Positions 58,322 to 64,000 of a stretch of 64,000 nucleotides of DNA are shown here, piece after piece; within the stretch, counting starts at the first letter, position 1; each line of letters opens with the position of its first letter. Under the pieces are notes generated by a model. It did no database searches. It was given only the letters and a program-made list of their open reading frames with translations, and had not been told where the DNA came from. The DNA is from an uncultured beta proteobacterium. Its GTDB lineage: Bacteria; Pseudomonadota; Gammaproteobacteria; Burkholderiales; SG8-39. Where the stretch lies: positions 101,800 to 165,799 of the forward strand of contig CAWHUZ010000001.1 in the NCBI GenBank assembly GCA_963832685.1. Reading direction: 5' to 3'. The position numbers and the translations under genes are program-made.

Positions 58322-59809
58322 ATGTTCGAGTCCGGGGAGTTGGGCCACAAGCTTTCCAAGGGGGAGTACAAGCGCATCGAGCCGAAGCTGCGCGTGGAGC
58401 TGCTGAACGCGCAGTTCCAGCTTTCCCAGTTCGGCAAGTTTCCCGTGATCATCCTCATTTCGGGCGTGCGCGGCGCGGGCAAGGGCGAAACGGTGAATCT
58501 GCTCAACGAGTGGATGGATCCGCGCCACATCCACACATACGCCTTCGACAACCCGTCTGACGAAGAATTGGAGCGACCGCCGATGTGGCGCTATTGGCGC
58601 GCTCTGCCGCCCAAGGGCAAGATCGGAATCCTGTTCGGCTCCTGGTACACCGCACCGATCATCGATCGGGTGTTCAAGCGCGCCAAGGCGAAGGACCTGC
58701 TGCGGGCGGTCGAGGAGATGAATCGCTTCGAGAAGATGCTCGCCGACGACGGCGCCCTGATCCTGAAGTTCTGGTTCCACCTGTCGAAGAAGGCGCAGCG
58801 CAAGCGCCTCAAGGCGCTCGAATCCGATCCGGAGACGCGCTGGCGCGTCACCGCGCGCGACTGGGAATTCTTCAAGCTGTACGACCGTTTCTACCAGGTG
58901 AGCGAGGACGCTCTACGCGAAACGAGCACCGCGTGGGCGCCGTGGATTGTGGTCGAGGGTTCGGATCCCGAGTACCGCGCGGTGACGGCGGGCAAGACCC
59001 TGCTGGAGGCGATGAAGAAGCGCCTCTCGGCCCCGCCCGAGCGCCGCAGCAAGAAGACCGACGCGCCGCCTCTGGTGCAGCCGGTCGACAACCTGCACAT
59101 CCTCGACCGCCTCGACCTGTCGCAGACGCTGCCGAAGAAACGCTACCAGAAAGAGCTCGTGACGCTGCAGGGCGAGCTGGCGAAGCTGACGCGCCACCCG
59201 AAGTTCCGCCAGCACACCGTGGTGCTGGTGTTCGAGGGCATGGACGCTGCGGGCAAGGGCGGCGCGATCCGGCGCATCACCGGCGCGGTCGACGCGCGCC
59301 TTTACCACACCATTCCGATCGCCGCGCCGACCGACGAGGAGCGCGCGCAGTCCTACCTGTGGCGTTTCTGGCGCCACCTGCCGCGCAAGGGGCGCTTCGT
59401 GATCTACGACCGCAGCTGGTACGGGCGGGTGCTGGTCGAGCGCGTCGAAGGCTTCGCCGCGGAGGCCGACTGGCTGCGCGCCTACTCGGAGATCAACGAC
59501 TTCGAGGAGCAGATCGCGCGCAGCGGCGCGATCGTGGCCAAGTTCTGGCTCCAGATTTCCAAGGAGGAGCAGTACCGGCGCTTCAAGGAGCGCGAAAAGA
59601 CGCGTTTCAAGCAGTTCAAGATCACGCCCGAAGACTGGCGCAATCGCCAGAAGTGGGACGCCTACCAGGTTGCGGCGGCCGACATGATCGAGCGCACCAG
59701 CACCGGGCACGCGCCCTGGGCCCTGATCGGCGCCAACGACAAGTATCACGCACGGGTGAAGATCCTCAAGACGCTCGTCCGTTCGTTGCGCGCCCGGCTC
59801 AAGGACTGA
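58322..59809 (+). CDS. Two-domain PPK2 (polyphosphate:AMP phosphotransferase-like)
   Basis: 495 aa with two tandem PPK2 modules, each with a Walker-A-like loop (GVRGAGKGE, GMDAAGKGG). Confidence 0.88.
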   Translation: MFESGELGHKLSKGEYKRIEPKLRVELLNAQFQLSQFGKFPVIILISGVRGAGKGETVNLLNEWMDPRHIHTYAFDNPSDEELERPPMWRYWRALPPKGKIGILFGSWYTAPIIDRVFKRAKAKDLLRAVEEMNRFEKMLADDGALILKFWFHLSKKAQRKRLKALESDPETRWRVTARDWEFFKLYDRFYQVSEDALRETSTAWAPWIVVEGSDPEYRAVTAGKTLLEAMKKRLSAPPERRSKKTDAPPLVQPVDNLHILDRLDLSQTLPKKRYQKELVTLQGELAKLTRHPKFRQHTVVLVFEGMDAAGKGGAIRRITGAVDARLYHTIPIAAPTDEERAQSYLWRFWRHLPRKGRFVIYDRSWYGRVLVERVEGFAAEADWLRAYSEINDFEEQIARSGAIVAKFWLQISKEEQYRRFKEREKTRFKQFKITPEDWRNRQKWDAYQVAAADMIERTSTGHAPWALIGANDKYHARVKILKTLVRSLRARLKD

Positions 59810-60424
59810 TCAGCGCCAAACCCAGGGCCGCCGCGCCCGGTCCTCCGCTTGCCAGGCGGCGATCTCGGCTTCGCGCGCGAGGGTCATGCCGATCGCGTCC
59901 AGGCCTTCGAGCAGCGCCTTCTTGCGCAATGGGTCGATCTCGAAGCGGTGCAGGGCACCATCGGGGGCGGCGATGGTCTGCGCGGGCAGGTCGACCCCGA
60001 GCTTCACCGGCTCGGACGCCGCACCTAGCCGCGCCAGCAGGCTTTCGACTGTCGCCACCGGCAGGCGGATGGCGAGCACGCCGTTCTGGAAGCAATTGCC
60101 GTAGAAGATGTCGCCGAAGGAAGGCGCGATCACGCAGCGAAATCCCATGCCGGCGATCGCCCACACCGCCATCTCGCGCGAGCTGCCGCAGCCGAAATTC
60201 TCCGCCGCCACCAGGATCTGCGCGCCGCGGAACGGCGCGCGGTTGAGCGGGAACGCGGGGTCCTCGCTGCCGTCGGCGCGGTAGCGCGCCATCTCAAAGG
60301 CCCAGCGCCCCATCTCCGCGCGCGGCGTGCGCACGCAGCGCTCGATGCGGATGATCATGTCGGTGTCGACGTCGGGCGTCGGCAGCGCCGCCGCGATCGC
60401 ATCCAGGAGGGTGAACTTTTCCAT
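59810..60424 (-). CDS. Aconitase-family small subunit (LeuD-like)
   Basis: C-terminal 204 aa of ORF 59810..61423, from ATG 60424. ENFGCGSSREMA swivel-domain motif. Confidence 0.85.
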   Translation of the reverse strand: MEKFTLLDAIAAALPTPDVDTDMIIRIERCVRTPRAEMGRWAFEMARYRADGSEDPAFPLNRAPFRGAQILVAAENFGCGSSREMAVWAIAGMGFRCVIAPSFGDIFYGNCFQNGVLAIRLPVATVESLLARLGAASEPVKLGVDLPAQTIAAPDGALHRFEIDPLRKKALLEGLDAIGMTLAREAEIAAWQAEDRARRPWVWR

Positions 60425-60426
60425 CG

Positions 60427-61797
60427 CTAGGCGAGAAACTCCCGCACGTCGGCGATTTCGCCCGCGAGCGCGCAGGCCGCAGCGGTGGCCGGGCTGGCGA
60501 GGTGGGTGCGGGCGCGCGGCCCCTGGCGGCCGACGAAGTTGCGGTTGGAGGTCGACACGCAGCGCGCCTCTGGCTCGACCAGCTCGCCGTTGGCTCCGAC
60601 GCACAATGAGCAGCCGGGCTCGCGCCATTCGAATCCGGCGGCGAGGAAGACCTGGTCCAGCCCTTCGGCCTCCGCCGCGCGCTTGACGCCGACCGAGCCG
60701 GGCACCACCCAGGCCTGCACGTGGCGCGCGACCCTGCGCCCGCGCGCCACCTCGGCCGCGGCACGCAGGTCGGACAGGCGCGAGTTGGTGCACGAGCCGA
60801 TGAACACGCGGTCGATGCGTGTTCCGGCGAGCGGGCGGCCGGCGGCAAGGCCCATGTACTCGAGCGCCTCCGGCTTGGAGTCGGGGATCTTCGCGTCGAC
60901 CGCGATCGCATCCTCGGGACTGGTGCCCCAGGTGAGCTGCGGCGCCAGCGCGCCGGCGTCCAGCTCGACCTCGCGGTCGAAACTCGCACCGGGATCGGAG
61001 GGCAGGGACTTCCACCAGGCGAGGGCCGCGTCCCACTTCGCGCCCGCCGGCGCGTAGCGCCGGCCCTCGAGCCAGGCGTAGGTGGTATCGTCCGGCGCCA
61101 CCATGCCGATCTTGGCGCCCAGTTCGATCGAGAGGTTGCAAAGCGTCATGCGGGCTTCCATGCCGAGCGCGTCGACGGCGGCGCCGGCATATTCGACCGC
61201 ATGGCCGACTCCGCCCGCCATCCCGACTTTGCCGATCAGCGCCAGGATCAGGTCCTTGGCGTAGACACCCTTCGGCAGCGCGCCGTCGAAGCGCGCGCGC
61301 ATCGTCGCGGGCTTGCGCTGCTCCAGGGTCTGGGTAGCGAGCACGTGCAGGATCTCGGATGCGCCGATGCCGAAGCCGAGCGCGCCGAGCGCCCCGTTGG
61401 TGCAGGTGTGCGAATCGCCGCACACCACAAGCGTGCCCGGCTGGGTGATGCCGAGCTCGGGACCGATCACGTGCACGATGCCCTGCTCGTCGCCGCCGAC
61501 GTCGAACAGCTGCACGCCCGCCTTGCGCGTTTCCAGGCGCAGCGAGTCGACCAGCACCTGGGCCCAGTCGTGCGCGCCGCCGGTCCGGCCCGGGGCGGAG
61601 GAGATGACGTGGTCCGCGGTGGCGAAGGTCAGCTCCGGGTTGCGCAGCGGCAGGCCGCGCGCGGCGATCTCGGCCAGGGCCTTGCCGCCGCCGAGATCGT
61701 GCAGCAGGTGCCGGTCGACGTGCAGGAGCGAAACACCGCTGCCGAGATCGCAGACCACGTGCGCGTTCCAGACCTTTTCGAACAGAGTGAGCGGCAT
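60427..61797 (-). CDS. Aconitase-family large subunit (LeuC-like)
   Basis: 456 aa. MPLTLFEKVWNAH, CGDSHTCT, IGSCTNSR and a third cluster-ligand Cys region. Confidence 0.88.
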   Translation of the reverse strand: MPLTLFEKVWNAHVVCDLGSGVSLLHVDRHLLHDLGGGKALAEIAARGLPLRNPELTFATADHVISSAPGRTGGAHDWAQVLVDSLRLETRKAGVQLFDVGGDEQGIVHVIGPELGITQPGTLVVCGDSHTCTNGALGALGFGIGASEILHVLATQTLEQRKPATMRARFDGALPKGVYAKDLILALIGKVGMAGGVGHAVEYAGAAVDALGMEARMTLCNLSIELGAKIGMVAPDDTTYAWLEGRRYAPAGAKWDAALAWWKSLPSDPGASFDREVELDAGALAPQLTWGTSPEDAIAVDAKIPDSKPEALEYMGLAAGRPLAGTRIDRVFIGSCTNSRLSDLRAAAEVARGRRVARHVQAWVVPGSVGVKRAAEAEGLDQVFLAAGFEWREPGCSLCVGANGELVEPEARCVSTSNRNFVGRQGPRARTHLASPATAAACALAGEIADVREFLA

Positions 61798-62507
61798 CAG
61801 CGCAGGAAGCTCCCGTCAGTAACGTCGATCACCGCGCCGTTGACCAGCACCGGCGCATCGGTAACCAGCCAGCGGATCACGTCGGCGACTTCGTCCGGCC
61901 GGCCGGCACGCTTCGAGTACACCGCCTTCATCAGCTGCTCGCGGCGCTCAGGCGCCGCCGCCCGGCGCAGCATGGCGGTCTCGATCGGCCCGGGCGCGAC
62001 GGCGTTCACCTGTACCCCTTGCGGCCCGAGCAACGCTGCGAAGCTGCGGGTGAAGCTCACGATCCCGGCCTTGCTCACGCCATACCAGATGTCCTGGTGC
62101 GCCATGAAGGCCGCGACCGAAGTGAGGTTGACGATTCGCCCCCAGCGCCGCTCGACCATCTGCTTCGAGACAGCGCGGATCAGCTCGACCGGCGCCTCGA
62201 GGTTGACGCGCAGGAGCCGCGTGCGGGCCTCGTCGCTGTAGCGCTCGATCGGCAGGCCGTTCTGCACCCCGGCATTGTTGACCAGCACGTCGATGCGCCC
62301 GAGCGCCGCGACGCGCGGCGCGATCGCGGCGAGATCGGCGAGGTCCTGCCGCACCAGTTCGAGCGGCCCGGAGGCGACCAGCGCGTCGCCTTCGAAGTCG
62401 CGGTCGAGCGCGAGCACACGCAGCCCCGCGGCGAGCAGCGCGTCGACCGTCGCGCGGCCTATGCCGCGCGCGGCGCCGGTGACGAGTGCGGTGCGGGGCT
62501 CTGCCAT
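61797..62507 (-). CDS. SDR-family oxidoreductase
   Basis: 236 aa. TGAARGIGRA, NNAG and YGVSK motifs. Confidence 0.88.
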   Translation of the reverse strand: MAEPRTALVTGAARGIGRATVDALLAAGLRVLALDRDFEGDALVASGPLELVRQDLADLAAIAPRVAALGRIDVLVNNAGVQNGLPIERYSDEARTRLLRVNLEAPVELIRAVSKQMVERRWGRIVNLTSVAAFMAHQDIWYGVSKAGIVSFTRSFAALLGPQGVQVNAVAPGPIETAMLRRAAAPERREQLMKAVYSKRAGRPDEVADVIRWLVTDAPVLVNGAVIDVTDGSFLR

Positions 62508-62513
62508 GGGGTG

Positions 62514-63206
62514 TCAGCGGGAATACGACCCGTTGTTGACGTCCAGCGTGGCGCCATTGACGTACTCGGGGCAGGCCGAGCCGAGCCACAGGATCGCCTG
62601 CGCCACCTCGTCCGGCCGGCACACGCGCCCGGAATAGACGCTGCGCATCACGCCGTCCCGGCGCGACTGCGGAAGTTGATCGTACATGTCGGTCTGCGTC
62701 GGCCCCGGCGCGACCGCGTTCACCAGCACGCCGTGCGGACCGAGCCAGCCGGCGAAGCTCTTGGTGACGTTCAGCAGCGCCGCCTTGCTCGCGCCGTACC
62801 ACAGGTCGGGGTGGCCGGTGAAGGCGGCTACAGAAGCGACGTTGACGATGCGGCCGGACTTGCGCGTCGTCATTTGCGGCGCGAGCGCCTGCATCAGCGC
62901 GACCGGCGCCTCGACATTGACCGCCATGATTTCGCGCCGGTGCGCGTCCGGTATCGCGTCGAAGGGCTCGCAATACAGCACGCCCGCATTGTTGACCAGT
63001 GTGTCGATCTCGCCCAGCGATGCGGCGAGGTCGGGAATGCCGCTTAGCTCGGTCAGGTCGTACTGCACGCGCCGCACGGAGTCCGGCAAGTCGCAGCGTG
63101 AAAAGTTTTTGTCGAGCGCCACCACGGTCCATCCCGCGCCGAGGAAGGCGCGCGCGGCATGCAGGCCGATGCCCCTGCCCGCGCCGGTGATCAGCGCCGC
63201 GGGCAT
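62514..63206 (-). CDS. SDR-family oxidoreductase
   Basis: 230 aa. TGAGRGIGLH, NNAG and YGASK motifs. Confidence 0.88.
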   Translation of the reverse strand: MPAALITGAGRGIGLHAARAFLGAGWTVVALDKNFSRCDLPDSVRRVQYDLTELSGIPDLAASLGEIDTLVNNAGVLYCEPFDAIPDAHRREIMAVNVEAPVALMQALAPQMTTRKSGRIVNVASVAAFTGHPDLWYGASKAALLNVTKSFAGWLGPHGVLVNAVAPGPTQTDMYDQLPQSRRDGVMRSVYSGRVCRPDEVAQAILWLGSACPEYVNGATLDVNNGSYSR

Positions 63207-63207
63207 C

Positions 63208-64000
63208 TCAGGCGGCGAGCCCCGGCATGCTGAATCCTGCCGCGCGCAGCTCGGCGATCAGGGTTTGCTCCTGCGTGCTTTCGAGCTCGACCAGCGGCGG
63301 GCGCACCGTGCGCCACTGCGAGTCATTGCCGAAGTGGGCGATAATCGCCTTCAGTGCCGGGATCATAGGCAGCTTTTGCACGATATTGCGCGTCGCGGTG
63401 ATGCCGGCCTGGAGCTTGTCGGCTTCTGCCGATCGCCAATTGCGGTAGACCCCGTCGATCGAACCCGGGTTGACGTTGCCGGTGGCGGTGATGCAGCCCT
63501 TGCCGCCGTGGCGCATGTTGTCGAGCAGGAACACCTCGCTGCCGGCGAACACGTCGAAACCCGCCTTGGCGAACGCGTCCAGCATCGCCTTGGTGTTCGA
63601 CCAGTCGCCGGACGAATCCTTGGCGCCGGCGACGATGCCCGGATACTTCTTCAGCAGCCGCTCGATCAGCGCGAGGGTGATCGGTACCTGCGACACCGGG
63701 GGGATGTGGTACAGATAAAGGCGCAGCCGGTCGTCGCCGACGCGCTCGATCACCTCGGCGAAGTTGCGGTACAGGCCCTCGTCGGAAACACCCTTGTAGT
63801 AGAACGGCGGCAGCATCAGCACGCCGCCGCAGCCCAATTCCACCGCACGCCGGGTCATCGCCACCGAGTCGGTCAGCGCGCAATGGCCGGTGCCCGGCAT
63901 CAGCGCCGCGGCCGGCACGTCGCCCGCCACCAGCGCCTCGAGCAGCTCGAGCTTTTCGCCCACCGACATCGAGTTCGCCTCGCTGTTGGTGCCGAACACC
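63208..64000 (-). CDS. DapA/N-acetylneuraminate-lyase-family (class I aldolase/dehydratase) protein, 5' end outside the window
   Basis: ORF runs to the window edge. GTNSEANSMSVGEK, YLYHIP and the Schiff-base Lys context GAKDSSG. Confidence 0.85.
   Translation of the reverse strand, partial: VFGTNSEANSMSVGEKLELLEALVAGDVPAAALMPGTGHCALTDSVAMTRRAVELGCGGVLMLPPFYYKGVSDEGLYRNFAEVIERVGDDRLRLYLYHIPPVSQVPITLALIERLLKKYPGIVAGAKDSSGDWSNTKAMLDAFAKAGFDVFAGSEVFLLDNMRHGGKGCITATGNVNPGSIDGVYRNWRSAEADKLQAGITATRNIVQKLPMIPALKAIIAHFGNDSQWRTVRPPLVELESTQEQTLIAELRAAGFSMPGLAA

Noticed and set aside
58585-62241. 553-aa (58585..60246) and 506-aa (60721..62241) plus-strand ORFs.
   Set aside because: They are alternative-frame or antisense shadows of the PPK2, LeuD-like, LeuC-like and SDR genes.

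Overview
High-GC (roughly 65-70% outside the ribosomal block) proteobacterial chromosome segment, most likely betaproteobacterial; that is inferred from protein similarity and gene order, with no search run. It looks like core genome, not an island: I saw no rRNA, tRNA, CRISPR array, transposase, integrase or phage gene. Layout: (1) 0.1-22.3 kb holds housekeeping and accessory genes: YddA-type ABC exporter, uvrA, an MFS transporter, ssb, the FmdB-DUF502-aspS-nudB block, a ClC channel, an EEP/clsB pair, a hotdog-fold pair, a Liv-type ABC uptake system split over both strands, a stand-alone EAL protein and an acyl-CoA ligase. (2) 22.4-40.9 kb is the complete str-S10-spc-alpha ribosomal superoperon from rpsL to rplQ, with fusA, tuf, secY, rpoA and the 37-codon rpmJ that the ORF track misses. 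(3) 41-64 kb holds a DUF62/DUF488 pair; a LysR-flanked minus-strand operon (iorB, iorA, bicupin dioxygenase, arylformamidase-like hydrolase, transglutaminase-like protein, glycerate kinase); a PaaK-like ligase; a MetE-like gene and an IlvD/Edd-like gene that are both frame-disrupted; acyl-CoA dehydrogenase, tag, a small secreted protein and a two-domain PPK2; and a LeuCD-like/SDR/SDR/DapA-like cluster running off the right edge. The most unusual signal is seven single-base frame breaks in three adjacent genes within about 2.2 kb (53.19-55.40 kb). Each is repaired by skipping exactly one nucleotide, and I noticed no comparable break in the other genes of the window. Localised consensus error is the most likely cause, but it needs checking. 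I did not find a convincing new multi-gene system such as a defence or secretion system. The best candidates for uncharacterised biology are the iorBA-dioxygenase-formamidase operon and the LeuCD-like catabolic cluster. Many long ORFs in the track are alternative-frame or antisense artefacts typical of high-GC DNA and were rejected.
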